Assembly (NCBI GenBank): GCA_027371535.1
Contig: DAHXMV010000001.1
Location: 253,259 to 317,258, forward strand
Origin: Candidatus Amesbacteria bacterium
Lineage (GTDB): Bacteria > Patescibacteriota > Microgenomatia > CAZETR01 > Amesbacteraceae
Direction: 5' to 3'
Length of the DNA: 64,000 nucleotides
Below, piece by piece: positions 46,001 to 54,659 of the stretch. The stretch's first letter is position 1. Every line of letters begins with the position of its first letter. The notes under the pieces were generated by a model that searched no databases, had not been told where the DNA came from, and was given only the letters and a program-made list of their open reading frames with translations. A program made the translations under genes and the position numbers.

Positions 46001-46444
46001 GGATTGGTCATCATCCGGGAATTCACCGATGACCAGGGTAACAGCCTGCCCTTGGAAACCATCAGGGAAGGAACGCAAGCCTCGGTGAAGCTGACTGTCG
46101 TCGCTCCGGCAACCAGACAATTTGTCATCATCGAGGATATGCTCCCGGCCGGGCTGGAGGCGGTCAATGAAAGCCTGAAAAATGTGGTCAACCTGAATAA
46201 ATCAAATCCCATTTTAGACGAACCGGACAATTGGTGGTATTTTTACCACAGAGAATACCGGGACGACCGGACGACGATGTTTGCCAGATACCTGCCGGCC
46301 GGAATTTACACAGTCACCTACCAGGTGCGGGCGACCACTCCCGGCAAGTACCATTACCCGCCGGCCCAGGCTCATGAGATGTACTTTCCCGATGTGTCAG
46401 GACATTCCGACGGCGGATGGCTGACCGTGATTCCCAACAAGTAA
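40085..46444 (+). CDS. Bacterial alpha-2-macroglobulin with N-terminal TM, Ig-like domains and an internal Hint domain
   Basis: TDRPIYRPGQ, VEEFRRP, RNNFPETAYW, LPDNLTTW, thioester CTEQ, QRPDGGWGWW, DMLPAGLE. Confidence 0.93.
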   Translation: MISRCGHMFLDKLKGLAIKGVGKIISWGWGFVHLPLKEKWARIKIPVMVAIIVGVVILIGPYFAQPKISVSFPGNNSRENPLDSDVEIIFDRGMNKASVEKSFSITPKVDGALTWESNRKLVFTPKIPLQRGVNYKVKFNGLAVSSFLSPMPGGVSVTFTTVGNPIVSVFSPQSEAVEDLAPVMVIFDRPMIPLTTATNSAEKKSPFEISPPLTGTGKWLGTTAYQFTPLKPFKKATTYTVSVVPNLKSADGGIISQSFSWQFSSLRPHVLSVVPREGEFYASPTASVSAVFNQNIDGASAATHFKLVDTNGNQIPGRVTVNGKRLGFYPAAALVREKIYKAVIMAGLAGKEGPNGTESDYAWSFTMAAKPAVLRSAPADGDKNVENQGISVFFKTPMDEDSFKDNISINPVPENKPNFNFSDWNSQNELNIYSYLFRSTKYTVTIGPKVTDQYGVPLGSAYTFSFTTADYKPSVSFVPFGTYFASFNQQIVPRIVAQVNNAGEVNYNLYKLDRNSFLDLYKRYYTDFCSWNNEGCRNWQNYDVSKLEKVRSWKETIDINPSVPVNVVTKVTAADGTNLLSGFYFLTANVNTGQHDNMVMIVSDATMAVKKSSQQIFTWTVDQTSNEVIGGMNMELTDAYGNKLASGQTNGDGVWQQDVNIGNTYNLLIFGQKDSDVVVASSNWGSGINRYDFGLPSYYSYNASEDNQNSNNRYKLFLTTDRPIYRPGQKIYFKGLIRKDNDAAYANIPPGTPVSVNIADGRGRSIYSKSLPTNSSGTFADTCDISADGELGYYDLTATYGDNSVSQQVQVEEFRRPDMLLTIIPDKGYYLAGQTPGATINTAYYFGAPMANAQVNWSLNTQDYFFNWSRDWRFEFGDVEDIWYRWWGYHSSSGAQVTSGTGVTDDQGNLNLKIPFNMGKYTTSQQLELVAQVTDKSNQAVGSSQTFVVHQGGIYAGLHPESYGSSAGSETKVEVVTVAPDENEVPNTAVTIQFFKRTWNTVRQLDPESGQFTYVSQPHDTQVANANIITDNFGHATTSFTPGEGGTYRVLASVTDALGNTTKTSSYVWVSGSGYMTQRENNDRILVVPDKREYFVGDNASVFVDTPFATGSAKTLLTVERSKVISYKIVDTSDVSNNFQMPINPNYSPNIYIGAVLVKGGNLVSAPPEMKVGYAEVKVTDKKQQLTVDIQTDKPKYKPGETMHAVITAKDLLGHPVNAELAVGLVDKSVWDLSEIQLPDIYQYFYVPRNLEVDTSHLLSISMDRINTNTNLGAKGGSGGCFTAETPILLPGGLTKPIGEIKPGDRVLTKSSPESADLIPGKVTAVLKHSVDRYLIINGSIHVTPVHLLFVNGNWKAAGEIQTGDWLLNTKNEPVRVNSVEQVFGKDLIVYNLEVDQYHTFFADGIFVHNQKGGGTDTARNNFPETAYWNPSILTGDDGKADITVKLPDNLTTWRLSAIADSRESAFGSATDEFVVNREVMIRPVIPRFLLYGDQASLGAIIVNTSGKSAVFSTTLSGKGLTVNANSVQTATIADGDQAKFLWPTTTAGSTDSATINISVTDQSGTLHDSLVQTLPVKSFSTGETVATAGQAADTAVENVKLPSVVESQNGRVDITLSPSLGTGSIEAANYMYDYSYFCTEQTTSKLLTAVSALKVLRQAKTETLGSVSQMEMNWMANDAIQRLNNTQRPDGGWGWWTEESSSDPMMSAYAYLGLWEAKNAGFTVADKTLNPARQFLLTSLSGNYPTIGLDGKTFLLYALKDSGANLSAYATNLYDRRFEMGVASRAYLAMVLRASKLSDAANKQYQEVLSLAKKTSTTSHWEESGRNYYYWYYGANPTTAAVLEMMTDFAPNNPMTGEAVRYLMANRGDYNWGSTQQTALIMRAITKQMLAGQNANLKENYKLEINNREVLSGQLTAADLLRLVKFSVPISSLAIGQNNTFKISKSGSGNLYYNFNMHYFLPFSQIAALDQGLVIIREFTDDQGNSLPLETIREGTQASVKLTVVAPATRQFVIIEDMLPAGLEAVNESLKNVVNLNKSNPILDEPDNWWYFYHREYRDDRTTMFARYLPAGIYTVTYQVRATTPGKYHYPPAQAHEMYFPDVSGHSDGGWLTVIPNK
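43925..44314 (+). other. Hint (mini-intein/BIL-like) domain inside alpha-2-macroglobulin, residues 1281-1410
   Basis: Starts CFTAETPI, contains GDRV, block B TPVH and VYNLEV, ends FVHN. The +1 residue is Gln. Confidence 0.92.
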
Positions 46445-46461
46445 ACTCCTATAATCAGGGC

Positions 46462-47340
46462 ATGCGGATCACCGGTGATGAAGATTTACAAAAACAACTG
46501 ATCCGGACCCAGGAAAACGAGGCCACGGAGGCAATTATTTATTCCAGATTGGCAGGCCGGGTCAGAGACAAAAAGAGTAAACAGATTCTCCTGGCAATTG
46601 CCCGGGACGAGAAAAGACACGCCGGATACTGGAAAAAACGAACCCAAATAGCAGTTTCTGAAAATACTTTGAAGGTGGTCTTTTTTACAGTGACGGCTAA
46701 ATTATTGGGACTGACATTTGCCATAAAACTGATGGAAAAAGGCGAGGAACTGGCCCAGATAAACTACCGCAAAATATCTGAACTGATACCGGATGCCCTC
46801 AATATTGAGAAAGAAGAAAAGTCCCATGAGATGAAACTGGTAAACATGCTGGATGATGAAACCCTCAAATACGCCGTGTCAATAATTCTGGGTATTAACG
46901 ATGCTTTGGTGGAATTAACCGGAGCGTTGGCCGGTTTTACCCTGGCCCTCTCCAATACCAAACTGATCGGCATGACCGGCCTCATATCCGGAGTTGCGGC
47001 TTCACTGTCCATGGGGACCTCGGAGTATTTGTCCACCCAGGCAGAGAAACAGGACCGGGATCCGAAAAAAGCCGCCATTTATACGGGGCTGACTTATCTG
47101 TTGACGGTGATATTATTAATAATCCCCTATTTTACTTTGAATAATGTCTATACGGCACTGATAATTACACTGGTATTGGCAATAGGGGTAATCCTGTTTT
47201 TCACTTTTTACGTCTCAGTTGCCAACGACGTATCATTTTCCAAACGGTTCTGGCAGATGACCGGAATATCCCTGGGAGTATCGGCGCTGACGTTTATGCT
47301 GGGATATCTGGTAAAAAAAATCCTGGGGGTGAATATTTAA
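46462..47340 (+). CDS. Ferritin-like/rubrerythrin domain fused to VIT1/CCC1 metal transporter
   Basis: DEKRH and EEKSH (ExxH), LGINDALVE, SMGTSEYLS. ATG 46462 lies 6 nt after TATAAT. Confidence 0.88.
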   Translation: MRITGDEDLQKQLIRTQENEATEAIIYSRLAGRVRDKKSKQILLAIARDEKRHAGYWKKRTQIAVSENTLKVVFFTVTAKLLGLTFAIKLMEKGEELAQINYRKISELIPDALNIEKEEKSHEMKLVNMLDDETLKYAVSIILGINDALVELTGALAGFTLALSNTKLIGMTGLISGVAASLSMGTSEYLSTQAEKQDRDPKKAAIYTGLTYLLTVILLIIPYFTLNNVYTALIITLVLAIGVILFFTFYVSVANDVSFSKRFWQMTGISLGVSALTFMLGYLVKKILGVNI

Positions 47341-47348
47341 TCTGACAT

Positions 47349-47915
47349 TTACGAGTCGGACAATCTGAACCAGCCGGTGAGGATGACGATTACCGATAAG
47401 AAAAACAACACCGCAAATTCCACAAATGACAATGTGTCAGCCCGGGCAGTTCCGTTGACTGCAGAGCCCAGTGATGCCAGGTTAATTAATAATCTGGTCA
47501 GGATGGCTGTTAAAACTCCGGAAAGCAGCAGCCCGGTAGCCACCAGGCGGGATTTTTTGATAAAAGCTATCCCCAGAATCGCAAAACCCGCGCCGATGGT
47601 AATCCCCAGAAACACGGCTGTCCGGGTATAACCGGCGTCGGCATTCCGGTATTTTTCCATTTTCTGGTTGAAATCAGCCTGTTTCTGTTCATCCTGCAAA
47701 GCATTGGCTTTTTGCCGGTCCAGCAGGTTTTGGCATTCGGGAGACACCTGGGCTTTCGGGGTGGAATTGCAGCTCTCCGGAATGGGGGTGGTGAAAGTCG
47801 GGTTGGGGTAAACCGGTATCTCGGGCTGGGGATAAAAGGCGGCTACGCCAAATCCGGTAGTAATAGTCAAAATTATGCCCAGAAAAAAGATATACAAACG
47901 GTTAATCCACTTCAT
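47349..47915 (-). CDS. Hypothetical membrane protein
   Basis: 188 aa, four hydrophobic segments. Confidence 0.7.
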   Translation of the reverse strand: MKWINRLYIFFLGIILTITTGFGVAAFYPQPEIPVYPNPTFTTPIPESCNSTPKAQVSPECQNLLDRQKANALQDEQKQADFNQKMEKYRNADAGYTRTAVFLGITIGAGFAILGIAFIKKSRLVATGLLLSGVLTAILTRLLINLASLGSAVNGTARADTLSFVEFAVLFFLSVIVILTGWFRLSDS

Positions 47916-47964
47916 CTCCCCTAATTAGACTAGCTCTAAACATGTTTGTCAATATTCCTGCCGT

Positions 47965-49773
47965 TTAAATTACGACTACCTCGTCAAACAGAGGATTACC
48001 GGCTAAGAGCTCCTTCAGACTTATTTCTGAATAGGGGTTGAGTCCCCTGACGATTATCCGGACCTGGAAACCGTTTTCCGTTTCCGTGAAGACGCTTTTG
48101 ATGTTCCCGCCCCCGGCATTGATCTGGGCTGTCAGTTTTTCCAAAATCCCGGGCTGGTCTTTTTTGCCGGTTACCCTGACCGTAGATAACCCCAGATCCT
48201 GTTTACTGACGCCGCATTCGTTTAAAACTGCAGTTACCTTTTCTGGATTCAGATAACCACCGCCTATCAGGTGATAAAGCTGATCGGGGCTTTTTACCCG
48301 GTTCTCTTTTCTGTCGAGACCCCGGATGACTTTATTTAAGATACCTGTGCCGGCATCTTCTAAAAATAACAGTCCCCTGGGCATCAACAGCTCTCTCATT
48401 GTTATCCGGCCTTTTTCTTTTAATTCCTCTTCCCGGGCTGCCAGCTGCATTTCCCGGAGTTTCTTTTCACTGATACCCGAACAATAGTCGAACCAGCTGC
48501 TGTTAATCCGGCTTTTGGAGTCTTCTAAGGTAACTATTTCCGCAGTTGCCCCCACCGGGATTACCGTGGTTAAGGGCATTTCCGTTCCGTCTATGATTAA
48601 TTTCGGGTTCTTTCCCACCTGCTGCGGATCCTGGTGACACATCAAATCCACCCCGGTGCTGCCGGGGGGCATGAATAGGGCTCTTCCGGATGGTAAAAAT
48701 ACCGGTTTAAGGAGTGACTTCCTGGGGCTGCCGTCCCGGCTTAACATGGAGGCAAACCCCAAGTCGTTAAAGGCTTTCATATCCTCCGTCATAATGGCAA
48801 TTTCAACCGGCCCGGCCGGGGTCAAAATCGCCGTTTGCAGCGCCTGAAATCCGTTGTCCGCCGGCTGGCTGATGCGGTCTTTCAGCTTGTCCGGGATAAT
48901 CTTTCCGTCCCATTCGTTGTGCATTTTATCCAGGGCCAGATAACATTCCTGCCTGGTTTTAACGATGATCCCAATGCTGACCAGATCGTCGATGCCGGTC
49001 AGATCATCCGGACTGCATTCATTGGCAAACACTTTCTTTTCTCTTTTCAGGTAAGTGGAATATTTTCCCTTAAAACGGACACTGACGTCACATTCGGGTC
49101 CTCTCTCGGCAAACAGGGCCGTAATCTTTGATTTATAGTGCAGGTAGCATTCCGGTTCGGTCCGCGGATCTTTTTTCATCTCTTCACTGATTTGGATATA
49201 TTCCTCGGGATACAGATATTTAAAAGCCAGGTCGCTTAACTCCTCTTTGGCGATCCAGATTCCCAGGCTTTCTGCCAGTTCCCGGTAAACCATGTCCGTT
49301 TCCAGGGCGATTTTAATTTGTTTTTCCGGCGGCATGACGTCCAATGTCCGCATATTGTGCAACCGGTCGGCTAATTTCTGGACTCCGCTTTCCACATTAA
49401 TATATGACCGGCTGGACACCTCTTTCATGGTTTTCAGGTCCGAGTCGAATTTGGTTACATCCCGGACCCGCATGGCTACCCGCTCTCCCCATCTTTGTTT
49501 GATTTCATCAAAGGAGGTCGGACTGTCCTCTATAGTGTCGTGTAATAATGCCTCTGCCTGGATTTCGTTTTGGTTTAATCCCCATTCCCGGCTGAGGATA
49601 TTGGCGACTGCTATCGGGTGCTCAATATATGGTTCCCCGGAACGTCTTTTTTGTCCCCGGTGGGCAATGATGGCCCACCCCAGCGCCCGGCTGACAAATT
49701 CGTTTTTAGGCTGAAACGCGAGCAGTCTCTCCATTTCCTCGCCGGATAACCCTTCACATACCTTTTCCACCAT
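47965..49773 (-). CDS. Long RelA/SpoT homologue (intact HD hydrolase, degenerate synthetase, TGS-like and ACT-like domains)
   Basis: RRSGEPYIEHP, LLHDTIED, KLADRLHNMRT; C-terminal DQPGIL of ACT type. Confidence 0.88.
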   Translation of the reverse strand: MVEKVCEGLSGEEMERLLAFQPKNEFVSRALGWAIIAHRGQKRRSGEPYIEHPIAVANILSREWGLNQNEIQAEALLHDTIEDSPTSFDEIKQRWGERVAMRVRDVTKFDSDLKTMKEVSSRSYINVESGVQKLADRLHNMRTLDVMPPEKQIKIALETDMVYRELAESLGIWIAKEELSDLAFKYLYPEEYIQISEEMKKDPRTEPECYLHYKSKITALFAERGPECDVSVRFKGKYSTYLKREKKVFANECSPDDLTGIDDLVSIGIIVKTRQECYLALDKMHNEWDGKIIPDKLKDRISQPADNGFQALQTAILTPAGPVEIAIMTEDMKAFNDLGFASMLSRDGSPRKSLLKPVFLPSGRALFMPPGSTGVDLMCHQDPQQVGKNPKLIIDGTEMPLTTVIPVGATAEIVTLEDSKSRINSSWFDYCSGISEKKLREMQLAAREEELKEKGRITMRELLMPRGLLFLEDAGTGILNKVIRGLDRKENRVKSPDQLYHLIGGGYLNPEKVTAVLNECGVSKQDLGLSTVRVTGKKDQPGILEKLTAQINAGGGNIKSVFTETENGFQVRIIVRGLNPYSEISLKELLAGNPLFDEVVVI

Positions 49774-49852
49774 CTTGACAATTCATTATACAGCTAAATA
49801 TTGCCTAATCAACTACATAAATAGCCCAGACGTATTATAATATATTTGTATT

Positions 49853-50380
49853 ATGCCGGAAACTCTGTTACATACAGACCTCTTGGAAAAACAATTCGGA
49901 CCGACCCATATTTTAGTAAATTGTCATGACAACCGGCACCGGATAGTGGACATCGTTAACAGTGAAGGGGTTTGCCTGACACATGCTGTCACCTGGCTTA
50001 CCCCAATTGATTACCGATCCGGGTCCAAGTTCAGCCGGGCTGCATTGGAAATCCGGGCCGGCGGTTCGTTGGGTAAGACTTTCAGAAATCATTGATTTAC
50101 AATCAAAAAAGAGGGAATCGCCCGGGGTGAAGTTGTTATCCCTCCCTGGTTGAGAAAATTATTCAGAGTTGAAGAAGACAAGTCGCGTTATCGAATTTAT
50201 AAATTCATCGCCGTGGATTTTGATCACCATCCTTACCCGTACGGTGTTGTTTGCGAAATTGACACTCCCCTGTTTGATTCCAAAGAAGAACCCCAAAAAA
50301 GTACAGATACTAATTTATCCAAGCAGTATCGTAAATTAATGATGGAATATTTAAGCGTTGGAGAAATTAATAACAGTTAA
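49853..50380 (+). pseudogene. Hypothetical gene with one in-frame TGA (50093-50095)
   Basis: ORFs 49853-50095 and 50150-50380 share a frame, with a single stop between them: ...LGKTFRNH*FTIKKEG... Confidence 0.65.
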
Positions 50381-50384
50381 CTGG

Positions 50385-51518
50385 TTAGGATTGGAAACAA
50401 AATTTATATTGAGTATATTTATTTATTCTTTTATTATCCAGATTGTATCCTAATCCTGGTTTGTCAGGTACTTTTATAAAACCTTCCTGGTCAACCTCAT
50501 ATGACGGCTCTATTAAATCTTCTTTGTAAAAGATCGAGTATGGAGACATATCCGCTGGATATACAAATCCGGGTAACGAGGCCAGGGCAATATTGAACGC
50601 TCTCCCTATACCGCTCTCCAGTAGTCCTCCACACCACACACCTACATTATTTTGTTTACAGTAGTCATGTATCTTCTTTCCTTCAGTAATTCCTCCAACC
50701 CGTCCGGTTTTTATATTAATAATTTTGCATGCTCCATTTTCTACTGCCCTTCTGGCATCCTCTGCTGATAGAATGCTTTCATCGAGACAAATCGGGGTTT
50801 TGATTTGCTTCTGTAATGTTGCGTGGTCAATTAAATCCGTGTCGCCCAGAGGTTGCTCGATCATCAACAGGTGAAATTTGTCTAATATTTTTAATACCTC
50901 CAGATCCCTAAGGGTATAAGACGAATTTCCATCGACTATCAATTTTATATTTCCAAATTTATTTCGGATAAACTCTATTAATTTTATATCCCATCCGGGT
51001 TTTATTTTTATTTTAATTCGCTGATAACCCTGTTCTAATCTTAAGTTAATCTCATTAGCTGTTTCTTCGAACGATTTCTTTATACCTACGCTTTCACCAA
51101 TACCAACCTTCTCCCAGACACCTCCGAGGCTTCTGCTTATAGACGTTTGATTTATAGTCGAAAACATCATCCAGAATGCACAATCTACAGCAGCTTTGGC
51201 AAAATTAAATCCCTTGATACAGGAAAGTGTATTGTAAACCTCCTCAGGATTCATAAAACTCTTATTTAAAAGTAAAGGCAAGATATATTCTTTTAATCCT
51301 AATAAAGTAGTCTGCGTTGTTTCAGGAGAATAGTTTGGAAAAGGCAACGCTGCACCTTCCCCCCATCCGCATACTCCATTACCACCAACCAACTTCAAAA
51401 GAATAGTCTCTTTATAACTAATGGACCCGAAACCCGTCGTAAATGTTGAAATGAGAGGCAATCGTAAGAGTCTAATTTCAGAACTTTTAATATTCAGACT
51501 TTTACTAGAGAGTGACAT
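50385..51518 (-). CDS. o-Succinylbenzoate synthase / N-acylamino acid racemase (enolase superfamily)
   Basis: KIKIKPG, DGN, EQP, DES, NIK, WCGG.LESGIG. Confidence 0.88.
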   Translation of the reverse strand: MSLSSKSLNIKSSEIRLLRLPLISTFTTGFGSISYKETILLKLVGGNGVCGWGEGAALPFPNYSPETTQTTLLGLKEYILPLLLNKSFMNPEEVYNTLSCIKGFNFAKAAVDCAFWMMFSTINQTSISRSLGGVWEKVGIGESVGIKKSFEETANEINLRLEQGYQRIKIKIKPGWDIKLIEFIRNKFGNIKLIVDGNSSYTLRDLEVLKILDKFHLLMIEQPLGDTDLIDHATLQKQIKTPICLDESILSAEDARRAVENGACKIINIKTGRVGGITEGKKIHDYCKQNNVGVWCGGLLESGIGRAFNIALASLPGFVYPADMSPYSIFYKEDLIEPSYEVDQEGFIKVPDKPGLGYNLDNKRINKYTQYKFCFQS

Positions 51519-52959
51519 TCCTAGATTTTACAATATCTTGGATGGATAAACCCTTTTCAATATAGTCATATAAAGCTCTGTCAGCACCGTTTTGTTCCGT
51601 CCGTAATACATGTTCCGGATAAACCAACATCCGGCCATCTTCATTAGACAAACCCCTCGAAGCTATGTTAAGTATGTTTTTGGCAAAATCATAAACACTT
51701 ACCCCGCAAGCTTCACCCTGTAGACCACTTTTTATTGCTGCCATGCGTAACAAGCCCAAATGCTGCCATTTAAATGAACCGATGTAGGCGGATGATTCAT
51801 CAAGATTGTGAAGCAACCCGGCTTGTAATGCACTAGGACCCATTACGGTAGACCAGGAGAGATCGTTCCCCAGAGATTTAAGATATGTATCGGGAAAGTT
51901 TGCACCCGGATCCCTGCCTTCAATATAAACATTACTTACTGCACCGTTTCTAAACAATTCTTCAAGAGAATCTTGCTTGAGAGCATCTAAAAAACCTTCT
52001 TTATCAATATTATCATGATTGAAGGTCCATCTTATTCTTGCGCTGGTGAATTGGGCAAATTGGAGAGCCTCCAGATGCCTGAGATGGGGTTTGACTAAAA
52101 CATTATCACCGCTGTTTAAAAGATTCCCGTTAGCACTATCTAAAGCCAGGTATTCTAAGACAGATGGATTATTTTCAATCAGAATTGCCCCGTCACCGAA
52201 TGTTTTATAGTTGCTTCCGGAGGCCATAACAAAATGAATATTAGTTCCATAACCGAACATCCATGTAAAGTAATCTCTTAGAGAATTAAAAGGTTTTTCC
52301 GGAAAATTTGCTGTTACCCGGTCTCCTTGTGAAATAGAATCTTTCATGAACCTTTCCCACATGGTTAACCTAGTTTCTTTAAACTCGCTTAATTTACCTT
52401 CTGCAAAAGGACTATTTGCGAAAATACCTATAAAAGCTGCAGAGGCTCCGATAATGGTAGAAACGGATTTAGCGGCATTTTCAGGTTCTATTCCTGTACA
52501 TGGGCTATTTTGGGCTTTAGCATCAATCCCCGCTGCATGATCCCAACCTCTTAGAGCTATATACTTGTAAACACCTTTGGGAGCTACAAATAACCTGTGT
52601 GTCTGTCTGTCCGTTTTACCCATGGGGTGTATGGACATATTTATAACAGTTGCTCCCTCTCGGGCCAGGACCTCCTGAATTGTAGCTAAATCAATTTTTA
52701 TTAAATCTTCCAGCTCGCCTAAACTCTGAGTTACACGGGTAGAAGTTTCCTGGAGGTTAAAACCATTATCTAAACCAATATGTCCCATCTCCGGAGTACT
52801 AATACCAATGATAGTATCGGGTCTGGTGTCGCTGTAATCAATATTAACTTTACTGTATTTCTCTGCTAATCCGTTAAAAGACTTCTGGGAAAGGCCTTTT
52901 GGATTTCCGGTTGCAATATCTGAGATTGGTTTTTCTATTTCTGCCCCGAATGTAGTCAT
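51505..52959 (-). CDS. Glutamate--cysteine ligase-like (carboxylate-amine ligase) protein
   Basis: TFGAEIE, FANSPF.EG, R..MW, IEGR, NGA motifs of the GCS2/GshA fold. Confidence 0.65.
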   Translation of the reverse strand: MTTFGAEIEKPISDIATGNPKGLSQKSFNGLAEKYSKVNIDYSDTRPDTIIGISTPEMGHIGLDNGFNLQETSTRVTQSLGELEDLIKIDLATIQEVLAREGATVINMSIHPMGKTDRQTHRLFVAPKGVYKYIALRGWDHAAGIDAKAQNSPCTGIEPENAAKSVSTIIGASAAFIGIFANSPFAEGKLSEFKETRLTMWERFMKDSISQGDRVTANFPEKPFNSLRDYFTWMFGYGTNIHFVMASGSNYKTFGDGAILIENNPSVLEYLALDSANGNLLNSGDNVLVKPHLRHLEALQFAQFTSARIRWTFNHDNIDKEGFLDALKQDSLEELFRNGAVSNVYIEGRDPGANFPDTYLKSLGNDLSWSTVMGPSALQAGLLHNLDESSAYIGSFKWQHLGLLRMAAIKSGLQGEACGVSVYDFAKNILNIASRGLSNEDGRMLVYPEHVLRTEQNGADRALYDYIEKGLSIQDIVKSRNVTL

Positions 52960-52974
52960 ATTTTATTATCCTGT

Positions 52975-53003
52975 AGTTTACGGCTGAATCAGGCCTTTGT
53001 CAA
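52975..53003 (-). promoter_or_regulatory. Sigma70-type promoter for the ligase/racemase genes
   Basis: TTGACA-17 nt-TAAACT on the minus strand. Confidence 0.65.
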
Positions 53004-53032
53004 ATATTAATCCCTAATTTATGGGCAAATAC

Positions 53033-53061
53033 TTGACAAGCTTGTATTTATAGGGTACTAT
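53033..53061 (+). promoter_or_regulatory. Sigma70-type promoter for the decarboxylase operon
   Basis: TTGACA-17 nt-TACTAT. Confidence 0.65.
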
Positions 53062-53129
53062 CCATGCTTAACCGGAAGGGTTATTATGATAAAAATTTCG
53101 ACTCTCTTTATACGTGTATCTTTATTCAG

Positions 53130-53152
53130 GCGCCTTTAGGCGCTTTTTTTTT
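53130..53152 (+). terminator. Leader terminator hairpin upstream of the decarboxylase
   Basis: GCGCC-TTTA-GGCGC followed by T9. Confidence 0.6.
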
Positions 53153-53161
53153 ACACAAAAC

Positions 53162-54658
53162 ATGCAGATAGAAACAAAAGATCACACTTATAATAGAAAA
53201 CAATTAGCCTTGCAGTTGGCTACAAGGGAAGGCTCTCACGACCCGCGGCTTGTGGATAAGGTACTTTCAATGTACCCCGATCCGGATAATCCCCGTATGT
53301 CCCTTAATGGGTTTATCTCAAATCTGGAACAAATAGCCATTGATGGCAGAAATACGGATAAAAACGATCGGACATTATTGGCCGGATTAAACTCTGTTCT
53401 GAAAGATATCGATTCTGCCCGTTTGTTCAATGAAACATATATAGGTCACATGCTGACCGAAGCCTCAATTCCTGGATTATTGGGTTATATTATGGGTCTA
53501 AAAACCGGGTCAAATACCGTTGCCAGGGAGGTATCACTGGCCGAATCAAAATTGGAGCCGGAAGCCATCAGGGGTCTAGCGAAGATCATAGGCTATGATC
53601 CAGAAAAAGCCGACGGCACTTTTACTTCAGGAGGAAGCATGGCAATGCAAACCGCACTTATGGCGGCCAGGAGAAAAGCAATGTCCGAAGGTAAACATCC
53701 TACTCCCGATCACCCCCTGGTTGTTTTTGGCAACTGTTACTCCCATTACTCAGTATCTAAAATGTGTGACATAATAGGTGGCCCCACCGAACTGGTGGTA
53801 AAAAGAGATATCAAAGTAAAAAACTTTAAAACCGATTTAAATGACTTGGAGTATAAGTTGGAAGAGGCAAAAAGCAATAATGACCCTGTGATGGCAGTAA
53901 TATCTATCGTTGCTGAAACAGAAACTGGGAAAGTTGATAATAGCAAAAATATCGTTTCTATTGCTGGTAAATACGGTGTTCCTGTCATTGTTGATGGGGC
54001 TTTCGGTGCTCCAATGCGCTTATCCCGGAATGGTCACCTTATGGCTGGCATGGAATCATCGTATGCTATTACTGTCGATGGCCATAAATCCTTGGGAACA
54101 CCATACAGTAATGGTGCCGTAATATTCAAAACCGGTACTGATAAATATTTAGGTTACGGTGACAGAGTTGAATATTTGGGTGATAAAGCTAACCTTGGAC
54201 AAAAAAGGATAGAGGGTTCAATGGGGGCCGGTCCGATTTTGTCTACGGTTGCGGTCTTGAGGACACTGGGTCTGGATGGATTGGCTACTCTTTACAACCT
54301 TAATTTAGACCGCGTGGAATATTTGTGGAAAGTTGTCGAAAAATCACCTGTTTTATTAAATCTGTTTTATCCTGAAATGAATCTTTTATGTTTCGGGATT
54401 AAAACAGAAATTATTTCCAAACTGGGGATTAATTCAGTTAAAGGAGTAAAAGAATTTATAGACACAACCAGAGAAGAACTAGATAATGGTGTCCAGAGGT
54501 ATGGCGGTCACTTTTTTTCAGCAACTGAATTGCCGCTGGAAGATGGCACGAAGGCACCCGTTTACCGGGCCTGTATTATGCACCCCCGCACCACCAACGA
54601 AACCATAGACAATGCTATTACCGGTTTGGAGCGTGTAATTTATTCTCATCTTAAATAG
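53162..54658 (+). CDS. Group II PLP-dependent decarboxylase
   Basis: TSGGS, HYSVSK, VDGAFG, ITVDGHK (PLP lysine). Start set at MQIETK. Confidence 0.85.
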   Translation: MQIETKDHTYNRKQLALQLATREGSHDPRLVDKVLSMYPDPDNPRMSLNGFISNLEQIAIDGRNTDKNDRTLLAGLNSVLKDIDSARLFNETYIGHMLTEASIPGLLGYIMGLKTGSNTVAREVSLAESKLEPEAIRGLAKIIGYDPEKADGTFTSGGSMAMQTALMAARRKAMSEGKHPTPDHPLVVFGNCYSHYSVSKMCDIIGGPTELVVKRDIKVKNFKTDLNDLEYKLEEAKSNNDPVMAVISIVAETETGKVDNSKNIVSIAGKYGVPVIVDGAFGAPMRLSRNGHLMAGMESSYAITVDGHKSLGTPYSNGAVIFKTGTDKYLGYGDRVEYLGDKANLGQKRIEGSMGAGPILSTVAVLRTLGLDGLATLYNLNLDRVEYLWKVVEKSPVLLNLFYPEMNLLCFGIKTEIISKLGINSVKGVKEFIDTTREELDNGVQRYGGHFFSATELPLEDGTKAPVYRACIMHPRTTNETIDNAITGLERVIYSHLK

Positions 54659-54659
54659 T

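Noticed and set aside
50385-51518. menC as evidence of menaquinone biosynthesis
   Set aside because: No other men genes are nearby, and the context fits the racemase-type subfamily better.
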